A stretch of 64,000 bases of DNA, taken from assembly GCA_964057225.1 (NCBI GenBank), contig CAXKVF010000093.1, forward strand, positions 1-64,000. Direction: 5' to 3'. This document shows positions 43,823 through 59,600 of this stretch, piece by piece. Source of the DNA: Auanema rhodensis (lineage: Eukaryota; Animalia; Nematoda). Both the position numbers and the translations under genes were made by a program. Positions within the stretch are counted from its first letter, which is position 1. Each line of letters opens with the position of its first letter. The notes under the pieces were generated by a model. It ran no database searches and had not been told where the DNA came from. It worked only from the letters and a program-made list of their open reading frames with translations.

Positions 43823-46800
43823 ACCAAGTGCACATCACGTGTACATTTAATTAGCATAAATTAAAGTTCACGTAAATTTCAAAATCATGGTTACCATGAA
43901 CCAATATCAATAAAAATTTGTTTTTAGACTAATATGGACATGGGGAATCTAATTTTGAAAACCGCATCTCTTTATCTTTCACGTGAAGCGAGTTACATAC
44001 CAAGTGCAAATCACGTGTACATTTAATTAGCATAAATTAAAGTTCACGTAAATTTCAAAGTCATGGTTACCATGCACCAATATCAATAAAAATTTGTTTT
44101 TAAACTAATATGGACATGGGGAATCTAATTTTGAAAACCGCATCTCTTTATCTTTCACGTGAAGCGAGTTACATACCAAGTGCACATCACGTGTACATTT
44201 AATTAGCATAAATTAAAGTTCACGTAAATTTCAAAGTCATGGTTACCATGCACCAATATCAATAAAAATTTGTTTTTAGACTAATATGGACATGGGGAAT
44301 CTAATTTTGAAAACCGCATCTCTTTATCTTTCACGTGAAGCGAGTTACATACCAAGTGCACATCACGTGTACATTTAATTAGCATAAATTAAAGTTCACG
44401 TAAATTTCAAAGTCATGGTTACCATGAACCAATATCAATAAAAATTTGTTTTTAGACTAATATGGACATGGGGAATCTAATTTTGAAAACCGCATCTCTT
44501 TATCTTTCACGTGAAGCGAGTTACATACCAAGTGCACATCACGTGTACATTTAATTAGCATAAATTAAAGTTCACGTAAATTTCAAAGTCATGGTTACCA
44601 TGCACCAATATCAATAAAAATTTGTTTTTAGACTAATATGGACATGGGGAATCTAATTTTGAAAACCGCATCTCCTTATCTTTCACGTGAAGCGAGTTAC
44701 ATACCAAGTGCACATCACGTGTACATTTAATTAGCATAAATTAAAGTTCACGTAAATTTCAAAGTCATGGTTACCATGCACCAATATCAATAAAAATTTG
44801 TTTTTAGACTAATATGGACATGGGGAATCTAATTTTGAAAACCGCATCTCTTTATCTTTCACGTGAAGCGAGTTACATACCAAGTGCACATCACGTGTAC
44901 ATTTAATTAGCATTAATTAAAGTTCACGTAAATTTCAAAGTCATGGTTACCATGAACCAATATCAATAAAAATTTGTTTTTAGACTAATATGGACATGGG
45001 GAATCTAATTTTGAAAACCGCATCTCCTTATCTTTCACGTGAAGCGAGTTACATACCAAGTGCACATCACGTGTACATTTAATTAGCATAAATTAAAGTT
45101 CACGTAAATTTCAAAGTCATGGTTACCATGCACCAATATCAATAAAAATTTGTTTTTAGACTAATATGGACATGGGGAATCTAATTTTGAAAACCGCATC
45201 TCTTTATCTTTCACGTGAAGCGAGTTACATACCAAGTGCACATCACGTGTACATTTAATTAGCATAAATTAAAGTTCACGTAAATTTCAAAGTCATGGTT
45301 ACCATGAACCAATATCAATAAAAATTTGTTTTTAGACTAATATGGACATGGGGAATCTAATTTTGAAAACCGCATCTCTTTATCTTTCACGTGAAGCGAG
45401 TTACATACCAAGTGCAAATCACGTGTACATTTAATTAGCATAAATTAAAGTTCACGTAAATTTCAAAGTCATGGTTACCATGCACCAATATCAATAAAAA
45501 TTTGTTTTTAAACTAATATGGACATGGGGAATCTAATTTTGAAAACCGCATCTCTTTATCTTTCACGTGAAGCGAGTTACATACCAAGTGCACATCACGT
45601 GTACATTTAATTAGCATAAATTAAAGTTCACGTAAATTTCAAAGTCATGGTTACCATGCACCAATATCAATAAAAATTTGTTTTTAGACTAATATGGACA
45701 TGGGGAATCTAATTTTGAAAACCGCATCTCTTTATCTTTCACGTGAAGCGAGTTACATACCAAGTGCACATCACGTGTACATTTAATTAGCATAAATTAA
45801 AGTTCACGTAAATTTCAAAGTCATGGTTACCATGAACCAATATCAATAAAAATTTGTTTTTAGACTAATATGGACATGGGGAATCTAATTTTGAAAACCG
45901 CATCTCTTTATCTTTCACGTGAAGCGAGTTACATACCAAGTGCACATCACGTGTACATTTAATTAGCATAAATTAAAGTTCACGTAAATTTCAAAGTCAT
46001 GGTTACCATGAACCAATATCAATAAAAATTTGTTTTTAGACTAATATGGACATGGGGAATCTAATTTTGAAAACCGCATCTCCTTATCTTTCACGTGAAG
46101 CGAGTTACATACCAAGTGCACATCACGTGTACATTTAATTAGCATAAATTAAAGTTCACGTAAATTTCAAAGTCATGGTTACCATGCACCAATATCAATA
46201 AAAATTTGTTTTTAGACTAATATGGACATGGGGAATCTAATTTTGAAAACCGCATCTCTTTATCTTTCACGTGAAGCGAGTTACATACCAAGTGCACATC
46301 ACGTGTACATTTAATTAGCATAAATTAAAGTTCACGTAAATTTCAAAGTCATGGTTACCATGAACCAATATCAATAAAAATTTGTTTTTAGACTAATATG
46401 GACATGGGGAATCTAATTTTGAAAACCGCATCTCTTTATCTTTCACGTGAAGCGAGTTACATACCAAGTGCACATCACGTGTACATTTAATTAGCATAAA
46501 TTAAAGTTCACGTAAATTTCAAAGTCATGGTTACCATGCACCAATATCAATAAAAATTTGTTTTTAGACTAATATGGACATGGCGAATCTAATTTTGAAA
46601 ACCGCATCTCCTTATCTTTCACGTGAAGCGAGTTACATACCAAGTGCACATCACGTGTACATTTAATTAGCATAAATTAAAGTTCACGTAAATTTCAAAG
46701 TCATGGTTACCATGCACCAATATCAATAAAAATTTGTTTTTAGACTAATATGGACATGGGGAATCTAATTTTGAAAACCGCATCTCTTTATCTTTCACGT

Positions 46801-49800
46801 GAAGCGAGTTACATACCAAGTGCACATTACGTGTACATTTAATTAGCATTAATTAAAGTTCACGTAAATTTCAAAGTCATGGTTACCATGAACCAATATC
46901 AATAAAAATTTGTTTTTAGACTAATATGGACATGGGGAATCTAATTTTGAAAACCGCATCTCTTTATATTTCACGTGAAGCGAGTTACATACCAAGTGCA
47001 CATCACGTGTACATTTAATTAGCATAAATTAAAGTTCACGTAAATTTCAAAGTCATGGTTACCATGAACCAATATCAATAAAAATTTGTTTTTAGACTAA
47101 TATGGACATGGGGAATCTAATTTTGAAAACCGCATCTCTTTATCTTTCACGTGAAGCGAGTTACATACCAAGTGCACATCACGTGTACATTTAATTAGCA
47201 TAAATAAAAGTTCACGTAAATTTCAAAGTCATGGTTACCATGCACCAATATCAATAAAAATTTGTTTTTAGACTAATATGGACATGGGGAATCTAATTTT
47301 GAAAACCGCATCTCCTTATCTTTCACGTGAAGCGAGTTACATACCAAGTGCACATCACATGTACATTTAATTAGCATAAATTAAAGTTCACGTAAATTTC
47401 AAAGTCATGGTTACCATGCACCAATATCAATAAAAATTTGTTTTTAGACTAATATGGACATGGGGAATCTAATTTTGAAAACCGCATCTCTTTATCTTTC
47501 ACGTGAAGCGAGTTACATACCAAGTGCACATCACGTGTACATTTAATTAGCATTAATTAAAGTTCACGTAAATTTCAAAGTCATGGTTACCATGAACCAA
47601 TATCAATAAAAATTTGTTTTTAGACTAATATGGACATGGGGAATCTAATTTTGAAAACCGCATCTCTTTATCTTTCACGTGAAGCGAGTTACATACCAAG
47701 TGCACATCACGTGTACATTTAATTAGCATAAATTAAAGTTCACGTAAATTTCAAAGTCATGGTTACCATGAACCAATATCAATAAAAATTTGTTTTTAGA
47801 CTAATATGGACATGGGGAATCTAATTTTGAATACCGCATCTCTTTATCTTTCACGTGAAGCGAGTTACATACCAAGTGCACATCACGTGTACATTTAATG
47901 AGCATAAATTAAAGTTCACGTAAATTTCAAAGTCATGGTTACCATGCACCAATATCAATAAAAATTTGTTTTTAGACTAATATGGACATGGGGAATCTAA
48001 TTTTGAAAACCGCATCTCCTTATCTTTCACGTGAAGCGAGTTACATACCAAGTGCACATCACGTGTACATTTAATTAGCATAAATTAAAGTTCACGTAAA
48101 TTTCAAAGTCATGGTTACCATGCACCAATATCAATAAAAATTTGTTTTTAGACTAATATGGACATGGGGAATCTAATTCTGAAAACCGCATCTCTTTATC
48201 TTTCACGTGAAGCGAGTTACATACCAAGTGCACATCACGTGTACATTTAATTAGCATAAATTAAAGTTCACGTAAATTTCAAAGTCATGGTTACCATGCA
48301 CCAATACCAATAAAAATTTGTTTTTAGACTAATATGGACATGGGGAATCTAATTTTGAAAACCGCATCTCTTTATCTTTCACGTGAAGCGAGTTACATAC
48401 CAAGTGCACATCACGTGTACATTTAATTAGCATTAATTAAAGTTCACGTAAATTTCAAAGTCATGGTTACCATGAACCAATATCAATAAAAATTTGTTTT
48501 TAGACTAATATGGACATGGGGAATCTAATTTTGAAAACCGCATCTCTTTATCTTTCACGTGAAGCGAGTTACATACCAAGTGCACATCACGTGTACATTT
48601 AATTAGCATAAATTAAAGTTCACGTAAATTTCAAAGTCATGGTTACCATGCACCAATATCAATAAAAATTTGTTTTTAGACTAATATGGACATGGGGAAT
48701 CTAATTTTGAAAACCGCATCTCTTTATCTTTCACGTGAAGCGAGTTACATACTAAGTGCACATCACGTGTACATTTAATTAGCATAAATTAAAGTTCACG
48801 TAAATTTCAAAGTCATGGTTACCATGAACCAATATCAATAAAAATTTGTTTTTAGACTAATATGGACATGGGGAATCTAATTTTGAAAACCGCATCTCTT
48901 TATCTTTCACGTGAAGCGAGTTACATACCAAGTGCAAATCACGTGTACATTTAATTAGCATAAATTAAAGTTCACGTAAATTTCAAAGTCATGGTTACCA
49001 TGCACCAATATCAATAAAAATTTGTTTTTAAACTAATATGGACATGGGGAATCTAATTTTGAAAACCGCATCTCTTTATCTTTCACGTGAAGCGAGTTAC
49101 ATACCAAGTGCACATCACGTGTACATTTAATTAGCATAAATTAAAGTTCACGTAAATTTCAAAGTCATGGTTACCATGCACCAATATCAATAAAAATTTG
49201 TTTTTAGACTAATATGGACATGGGGAATCTAATTTTGAAAACCGCATCTCTTTATCTTTCACGTGAAGCGAGTTACATACCAAGTGCACATCACGTGTAC
49301 ATTTAATTAGCATAAATTAAAGTTCACGTAAATTTCAAAGTCATGGTTACCATGAACCAATATCAATAAAAATTTGTTTTTAGACTAATATGGACATGGG
49401 GAATCTAATTTTGAAAACCGCATCTCTTTATCTTTCACGTGAAGCGAGTTACATACCAAGTGCACATCACGTGTACATTTAATTAGCATAAATTAAAGTT
49501 CACGTAAATTTCAAAGTCATGGTTACCATGAACCAATATCAATAAAAATTTGTTTTTAGACTAATATGGACATGGGGAATCTAATTTTGAAAACCGCATC
49601 TCCTTATCTTTCACGTGAAGCGAGTTACATACCAAGTGCACATCACGTGTACATTTAATTAGCATAAATTAAAGTTCACGTAAATTTCAAAGTCATGGTT
49701 ACCATGCACCAATATCAATAAAAATTTGTTTTTAGACTAATATGGACATGGGGAATCTAATTTTGAAAACCGCATCTCTTTATCTTTCACGTGAAGCGAG

Positions 49801-50334
49801 TTACATACCAAGTGCACATCACGTGTACATTTAATTAGCATAAATTAAAGTTCACGTAAATTTCAAAGTCATGGTTACCATGCACCAATATCAATAAAAA
49901 TTTGTTTTTAGACTAATATGGACATGGCGAATCTAATTTTGAAAACCGCATCTCCTTATCTTTCACGTGAAGCGAGTTACATACCAAGTGCACATCACGT
50001 GTACATTTAATTAGCATAAATTAAAGTTCACGTAAATTTCAAAGTCATGGTTACCATGCACCAATATCAATAAAAATTTGTTTTTAGACTAATATGGACA
50101 TGGGGAATCTAATTTTGAAAACCGCATCTCTTTATCTTTCACGTGAAGCGAGTTACATACCAAGTGCACATCACGTGTACATTTAATTAGCATTAATTAA
50201 AGTTCACGTAAATTTCAAAGTCATGGTTACCATGAACCAATATCAATAAAAATTTGTTTTTAGACTAATATGGACATGGGGAATCTAATTTTGAAAACCG
50301 CATCTCTTTATATTTCACGTGAAGCGAGTTACAT
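43823..50334 (+). repeat. Related blocks with 8-, 19- and 20-monomer offsets
   Basis: c11a (GTGCAAATC, always with g105a) at 44009, 45417 and 48937; GGCGAATC at 46584/49928 (3344 bp = 19 monomers). Boundaries are approximate. Confidence 0.72.
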
Positions 50335-53300
50335 ACCAAGTGCACATCACGTGTACATTTAATTAGCATAAATTAAAGTTCACGTAAATTTCAAAGTCAT
50401 GGTTACCATGCACCAATATCAATAAAAATTTGTTTTTAGACTAATATGGACATGGGGAATCTAATTTTGAAAACCGCATCTCTTTATCTTTCACGTGAAG
50501 CGAGTTACATACCAAGTGCACATCACGTGTACATTTAATTAGCATTAATTAAAGTTCACGTAAATTTCAAAGTCATGGTTACCATGCACCAATATCAATA
50601 AAAATTTGTTTTTAGACTAATATGGACATGGGGAATCTAATTTTGAAAACCGCATCTCTTTATCTTTCACGTGAAGCGAGTTACATACCAAGTGCACATC
50701 ACGTGTACATTTAATTAGCATAAATTAAAGTTCACGTAAATTTCAAAGTCATGGTTACCATGCACCAATATCAATAAAAATTTGTTTTTAGACTAATATG
50801 GACATGGGGAATCTAATTTTGAAAACCGCATCTTTTTATCTTTCACGTGAAGCGAGTTACATACCAAGTGCACATCACGTGTACATTTAATTAGCATAAA
50901 TTAAAGTTCACGTAAATTTCAAAGTCATGGTTACCATGAACCAATATCAATAAAAATTTGTTTTTAGACTAATATGGACATGGGGAATCTAATTTTGAAA
51001 ACCGCATCTCTTTATCTTTCACGTGAAGCGAGTTACATACCAAGTGCACATCACGTGTACATTTAATTAGCATAAATTAAAGTTCACGTAAATTTCAAAG
51101 TCATGGTTACCATGCACCAATATCAATAAAAATTTGTTTTTAGACTAATATGGACATGGGGAATCTAATTTTGAAAACCGCATCTCTTTATCTTTCACGT
51201 GAAGCGAGTTACATACTAAGTGCACATCACGTGTACATTTAATTAGCATAAATTAAAGTTCACGTAAATTTCAAAGTCATGGTTACCATGAACCAATATC
51301 AATAAAAATTTGTTTTTAGACTAATATGGACATGGGGAATCTAATATTGAAAACCGCATCTCTTTATCTTTCACGTGAAGCGAGTTACATACCAAGTGCA
51401 CATCACGTGTACATTTAATTAGCATAAATTAAAGTTCACGTAACTTTCAAAGTCATGGTTACCATGCACCAATATCAATAAAAATTTGTTTTTAGACTAA
51501 TATGGACATGGGGAATCTAATTTTGAAAACCGCATCTCTTTATCTTTCACGTGAAGCGAGTTACATACCAAGTGCACATCACGTGTACATTTAATTAGCA
51601 TAAATTAAAGTTCACGTAAATTTCAAAGTCATGGTTACCATGCACCAATATCAATAAAAATTTGTTTTTAAACTAATATGGACATGGGGAATCTAATTTT
51701 GAAAACCGCATCTCTTTATCTTTCACGTGAAGCGAGTTACATACCAAGTGCACATCACGTGTACATTTAATTAGCATAAATTAAAGTTCACGTAAATTTC
51801 AAAGTCATGGTTACCATGCACCAATATCAATAAAAATTTGTTTTTAGACTAATATGGACATGGGGAATCTAATTTTGAAAACCGCATCTCTTTATCTTTC
51901 ACGTGAAGCGAGTTACATACCAAGTGCACATCACGTGTACATTTAATTAGCATAAATTAAAGTTCACGTAAATTTCAAAGTCATGGTTACCATGAACCAA
52001 TATCAATAAAAATTTGTTTTTAGACTAATATGGACATGGGGAATCTAATTTTGAAAACCGCATCTCTTTATCTTTCACGTGAAGCGAGTTACATACCAAG
52101 TGCACATCACGTGTACATTTAATTAGCATAAATTAAAGTTCACGTAAATTTCAAAGTCATGGTTACCATGCACCAATATCAATAAAAATTTGTTTTTAGA
52201 CTAATATGGACATGGGGAATCTAATTTTGAAAACCGCATCTCCTTATCTTTCACGTGAAGCGAGTTACATACCAAGTGCACATCACGTGTACATTTAATT
52301 AGCATAAATTAAAGTTCACGTAAATTTCAAAGTCATGGTTACCATGCACCAATATCAATAAAAATTTGTTTTTAGACTAATATGGACATGGGGAATCTAA
52401 TTTTGAATACCGCATCTCTTTATCTTTCACGTGAAGCGAGTTACATACCAAGTGCACATCACGTGTACATTTAATTAGCATTAATTAAAGTTCACGTAAA
52501 TTTCAAAGTCATGGTTACCATGAACCAATATCAATAAAAATTTGTTTTTAGACTAATATGGACATGGGGAATCTAATTTTGAAAACCGCATCTCCTTATC
52601 TTTCACGTGAAGCGAGTTACATACCAAGTGCACATCACGTGTACATTTAATTAGCATAAATTAAAGTTCACGTAAATTTCAAAGTCATGGTTACCATGCA
52701 CCAATATCAATAAAAATTTGTTTTTTGACTAATATGGACATGGGGAATCTAATTTTGAAAACCGCATCTCTTTATCTTTCACGTGAAGCGAGTTACATAC
52801 CAAGTGCACATCACGTGTACATTTAATTAGCATTAATTAAAGTTCACGTAAATTTCAAAGTCATGGTTACCATGAACCAATATCAATAAAAATTTGTTTT
52901 TAGACTAATATGGACATGGGGAATCTAATTTTGAAAACCGCATCTCTTTATATTTCACGTGAAGCGAGTTACATACCAAGTGCACATCACGTGTACATTT
53001 AATTAGCATAAATTAAAGTTCACGTAAATTTCAAAGTCATGGTTACCATGAACCAATATCAATAAAAATTTGTTTTTAGACTAATATGGACATGGGGAAT
53101 CTAATTTTGAAAACCGCATCTCTTTATCTTTCACGTGAAGCGAGTTACATACCAAGTGCACATCACGTGTACATTTAATTAGCATAAATTAAAGTTCACG
53201 TAAATTTCAAAGTCATGGTTACCATGCACCAATATCAATAAAAATTTGTTTTTAGACTAATATGGACATGGGGAATCTAATTTTGAAAACCGCACTCTCT

Positions 53301-54733
53301 ATCTTTCACGTGAAGCGAGTTACATACCAAGTGCACATCACGTGTACATTTAATTAGCATAAATTAAAGTTCACGTAAATTTCAAAGTCATGGTTACCAT
53401 GAACCAATATCAATAAAAATTTGTTTTTAGACTAATATGGACATGGGGAATCTAATTTTGAAAACCGCATCTCTTTATCTTTCACGTGAAGCGAGTTACA
53501 TACCAAGTGCACATCACGTGTACATTTAATTAGCATAAATTAAAGTTCACGTAAATTTCAAAGTCATGGTTACCATGCACCAATATCAATAAAAATTTGT
53601 TTTTAGACTAATATGGACATGGGGAATCTAATTTTGAAAACCGCATCTCTTTATCTTTCACGTGAAGCGAGTTACATACCAAGTGCACATCACGTGTACA
53701 TTTAATTAGCATAAATTAAAGTTCACGTAAATTTCAAAGTCATGGTTACCATGAACCAATATCAATAAAAATTTGTTTTTAGACTAATATGGACATGGGG
53801 AATCTAATTTTGAATACCGCATCTCTTTATCTTTCACGTGAAGCGAGTTACATACCAAGTGCACATCACGTGTACATTTAATTAGCATAAATTAAAGTTC
53901 ACGTAAATTTCAAAGTCATGGTTACCATGCACCAATATCAATAAAAATTTGTTTTTAGACTAATATGGACATGGGGAATCTAATTTTGAAAACCGCATCT
54001 CTTTATCTTTTACGTGAAGCGAGTTACATACCAAGTGCACATCACGTGTACATTTAATTAGCATAAATTAAAGTTCACGTAAATTTCAAAGTCATGGTTA
54101 CCATGCACCAATATCAATAAAAATTTGTTTTTAAACTAATATGGACATGGGGAATCTAATTTTGAAAACCGCATCTCTTTATCTTTCACGTGAAGCGAGT
54201 TACATACCAAGTGCACATCACGTGTACATTTAATTAGCATAAATTAAAGTTCACGTAAATTTCAAAGTCATGGTTACCATGCACCAATATCAATAAAAAT
54301 TTGTTTTTAGACTAATATGGACATGGGGAATCTAATTTTGAAAACCGCATCTCTTTATCTTTCACGTGAAGCGAGTTACATACCAAGTGCACATCACGTG
54401 TACATTTAATTAGCATAAATTAAAGTTCACGTAAATTTCAAAGTCATGGTTACCATGCACCAATATCAATAAAAATTTGTTTTTAGACTAATATGGACAT
54501 GGGGAATCTAATTTTGAAAACCGCATCTCTTTATCTTTCACGTGAAGCGAGTTACATACCAAGTGCACATCACGTGTACATTTAATTAGCATAAATTAAA
54601 GTTCACGTAAATTTCAAAGTCATGGTTACCATGAACCAATATCAATAAAAATTTGTTTTTAGACTAATATGGACATGGGGAATCTAATATTGAAAACCGC
54701 ATCTCTTTATCTTTCACGTGAAGCGAGTTACAT

Positions 54734-56669
54734 ACCAAGTGCACATCACGTGTACATTTAATTAGCATAAATTAAAGTTCACGTAACTTTCAAAGTCATG
54801 GTTACCATGCACCAATATCAATAAAAATTTGTTTTTAGACTAATATGGACATGGGGAATCTAATTTTGAAAACCGCATCTCTTTATCTTTCACGTGAAGC
54901 GAGTTACATACCAAGTGCACATCACGTGTACATTTAATTAGCATAAATTAAAGTTCACGTAAATTTCAAAGTCATGGTTACCATGAACCAATATCAATAA
55001 AAATTTGTTTTTAGACTAATATGGACATGGGGAATCTAATTTTGAAAACCGCATCTCTTTATCTTTCACGTGAAGCGAGTAACATACCAAGTGCACATCA
55101 CGTGTACATTTAATTAGCATAAATTAAAGTTCACGTAAATTTCAAAGTCATGGTTACCATGCACCAATATCAATAAAAATTTGTTTTTAGACTAATATGG
55201 ACATGGGGAATCTAATTTTGAAAACCGCATCTCCTTATCTTTCACGTGAAGCGAGTTACATACCAAGTGCACATCACGTGTACATTTAATTAGCATAAAT
55301 TAAAGTTCACGTAAATTTCAAAGTCATGGTTACCATGCACCAATATCAATAAAAATTTGTTTTTAGACTAATGTGGACATGGGGAATCTAATTTTGAAAA
55401 CCGCATCTCTTTATCTTTCACGTGAAGCGAGTTACATACCAAGTGCACATCACGTGTACATTTAATTAGCATTAATTAAAGTTCACGTAAATTTCAAAGT
55501 CATGGTTACCATGAACCAATATCAATAAAAATTTGTTTTTAGACTAATATGGACATGGGGAATCTAATTTTGAAAACCGCATCTCTTTATCTTTCACGTG
55601 AAGCGAGTTACATACCAAGTGCACATCACGTGTACATTTAATTAGCATAAATTAAAGTTCACGTAAATTTCAAAGTCATGGTTACCATGAACCAATATCA
55701 ATAAAAATTTGTTTTTAGACTAATATGGACATGGGAAATCTAATTTTGAATACCGCATCTCTTTATCTTTCACGTGAAGCGAGTTACATACCAAGTGCAC
55801 ATCACGTGTACATTTAATTAGCATAAATTAAAGTTCACGTAACTTTCAAAGTCATGGTTACCATGCACCAATATCAATAAAAATTTGTTTTTAGACTAAT
55901 ATGGACATGGGGAATCTAATTTTGAAAACCGCATCTCTTTATCTTTCACGTGAAGCGAGTTACATACCAAGTGCACATCACGTGTACATTTAATTAGCAT
56001 AAATTAAAGTTCACGTAAATTTCAAAGTCATGGTTACCATGAACCAATATCAATAAAAATTTGTTTTTAGACTAATATGGACATGGGGAATCTAATTTTG
56101 AAAACCGCATCTCTTTATCTTTCACGTGAAGCGAGTAACATACCAAGTGCACATCACGTGTACATTTAATTAGCATAAATTAAAGTTCACGTAAATTTCA
56201 AAGTCATGGTTACCATGCACCAATATCAATAAAAATTTGTTTTTAGACTAATATGGACATGGGGAATCTAATTTTGAAAACCGCATCTCCTTATCTTTCA
56301 CGTGAAGCGAGTTACATACCAAGTGCACATCACGTGTACATTTAATTAGCATTAATTAAAGTTCACGTAAATTTCAAAGCCATGGTTACCATGAACCAAT
56401 ATCAATAAAAATTTGTTTTTAGACTAATATGGACATGGGGAATCTAATTTTGAAAACCGCATCTCTTTATCTTTCACGTGAAGCGAGTTACATACCAAGT
56501 GCACATCACGTGTACATTTAATTAGCATAAATTAAAGTTCACGTAAATTTCAAAGTCATGGTTACCATGAACCAATATCAATAAAAATTTGTTTTTAGAC
56601 TAATATGGACATGGGAAATCTAATTTTGAATACCGCATCTCTTTATCTTTCACGTGAAGCGAGTTACAT
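54734..56669 (+). repeat. Local 6-mer/5-mer HOR x2
   Basis: a54c 54787/55843 and GAGTAACAT 55081/56137 (1056 bp); GGGAAATC...GAATACC 55736/56616 (880 bp, one monomer lost). Confidence 0.82.
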
Positions 56670-59600
56670 ACCAAGTGCACATCACGTGTACATTTAATTA
56701 GCATAAATTAAAGTTCACGTAAATTTCAAAGTCATGGTTACCATGCACCAATATCAATAAAAATTTGTTTTTAGACTAATATGGACATGGGGAATCTAAT
56801 TTTGAAAACCGCATCTCCTTATCTTTCACGTGAAGCGAGTTACATACCAAGTGCACATCACGTGTACATTTAATTAGCATAAATTAAAGTTCACGTAAAT
56901 TTCAAAGTCATGGTTACCATGCACCAATATCAATAAAAATTTGTTTTTAGACTAATATGGACATGGGGAATCTAATTTTGAAAACCGCATCTCTTTATCT
57001 TTCACGTGAAGCGAGTTACATACCAAGTGCACATCACGTGTACATTTAATTAGCATAAATTAAAGTTCACGTAAATTTCAAAGTCATGGTTACCATGCAC
57101 CAATACCAATAAAAATTTGTTTTTAGACTAATATGGACATGGGGAATCTAATTTTGAAAACCGCATCTCTTTATCTTTCACGTGAAGCGAGTTACATACC
57201 AAGTGCACATCACGTGTACATTTAATTAGCATTAATTAAAGTTCACGTAAATTTCAAAGTCATGGTTACCATGAACCAATATCAATAAAAATTTGTTTTT
57301 AGACTAATATGGACATGGGGAATCTAATTTTGAAAACCGCATCTCTTTATCTTTCACGTGAAGCGAGTTACATACCAAGTGCACATCACGTGTACATTTA
57401 ATTAGCATAAATTAAAGTTCACGTAAATTTCAAAGTCATGGTTACCATGAACCAATATCAATAAAAATTTGTTTTTAGACTAATATGGACATGGGGAATC
57501 TAATTTTGAAAACCGCATCTCTTTATCTTTCACGTGAAGCGAGTTACATACCAAGTGCACATCACGTGTACATTTAATTAGCATAAATTAAAGTTCACGT
57601 AAATTTCAAAGTCATGGTTACCATGCACCAATATCAATAAAAATTTGTTTTTAGACTAATATGGACATGGGGAATCTAATTTTGAAAACCGCATCTCTTT
57701 ATCTTTCACGTGAAGCGAGTTACATACTAAGTGCACATCACGTGTACATTTAATTAGCATAAATTAAAGTTCACGTAAATTTCAAAGTCATGGTTACCAT
57801 GAACCAATATCAATAAAAATTTGTTTTTAGACTAATATGGACATGGGGAATCTAATTTTGAAAACCGCATCTCTTTATCTTTCACGTGAAGCGAGTTACA
57901 TACCAAGTGCACATCACGTGTACATTTAATTAGCATAAATTAAAGTTCACGTAAATTTCAAAGTCATGGTTACCATGAACCAATATCAAAAAAATTTTGT
58001 TTTTAGACTAATATGGACATGGGGAATCTAATATTGAAAACCGCATCTCTTTATCTTTCACGTGAAGCGAGTTACATACCAAGTGCACATCACGTGTACA
58101 TTTAATTAGCATAAATTAAAGTTCACGTAAATTTCAAAGTCATGGTTACCATGAACCAATATCAATAAAAATTTGTTTTTAGACTAATATGGACATGGGG
58201 AATCTAATTTTGAAAACCGCATCTCTTTATCTTTCACGTGAAGCGAGTTACATACCAAGTGCACATCACGTGTACATTTAATTAGCATAAATTAAAGTTC
58301 ACGTAAATTTCAAAGTCATGGTTACCATGAACCAATATCAATAAAAATTTGTTTTTAGACTAATATGGACATGGGGAATCTAATTTTGAAAACCGCATCT
58401 CTTTATCTTTCACGTGAAGCGAGTTACATACTAAGTGCACATCACGTGTACATTTAATTAGCATAAATTAAAGTTCACGTAAATTTCAAAGTCATGGTTA
58501 CCATGAACCAATATCAATAAAAATTTGTTTTTAGACTAATATGGACATGGGGAATCTAATTTTGAAAACCGCATCTCTTTATCTTTCACGTGAAGCGAGT
58601 TACATACCAAGTGCACATCACGTGTACATTTAATTAGCATAAATTAAAGTTCACGTAAATTTCAAAGTCATGGTTACCATGAACCAATATCAATAAAAAT
58701 TTGTTTTTAGACTAATATGGACATGGGGAATCTAATTTTGAAAACCGCATCTCTTTATCTTTCACGTGAAGCGAGTTACATACTAAGTGCACATCACGTG
58801 TACATTTAATTAGCATAAATTAAAGTTCACGTAAATTTCAAAGTCATGGTTACCATGAACCAATATCAATAAAAATTTGTTTTTAGACTAATATGGACAT
58901 GGGGAATCTAATTTTGAAAACCGCATCTCTTTATCTTTCACGTGAAGCGAGTTACATACCAAGTGCACATCACGTGTACATTTAATTAGCATAAATTAAA
59001 GTTCACGTAAATTTCAAAGTCATGGTTACCATGCACCAATATCAATAAAAATTTGTTTTTAGACTAATATGGACATGGGGAATCTAATTTTGAAAACCGC
59101 ATCTCTTTATCTTTCACGTGAAGCGAGTTACATACCAAGTGCACATCACGTGTACATTTAATTAGCATAAATTAAAGTTCACGTAAATTTCAAAGTCATG
59201 GTTACCATGCACTAATATCAATAAAAATTTGTTTTTAGACTAATATGGACATGGGGAATCTAATTTTGAAAACCGCATCTCTTTATCTTTCACGTGAAGC
59301 GAGTTACATACCAAGTGCACATCACGTGTACATTTAATTAGCATAAATTAAAGTTCACGTAAATTTCAAAGTCATGGTTACCATGAACCAATATCAATAA
59401 AAATTTGTTTTTAGACTAATATGGACATGGGGAATCTAATATTGAAAACCGCATCTCTTTATCTTTCACGTGAAGCGAGTTACATACCAAGTGCACATCA
59501 CGTGTACATTTAATTAGCATAAATTAAAGTTCACGTAAATTTCAAAGTCATGGTTACCATGAACCAATATCAATAAAAATTTGTTTTTAGAATAATATGG

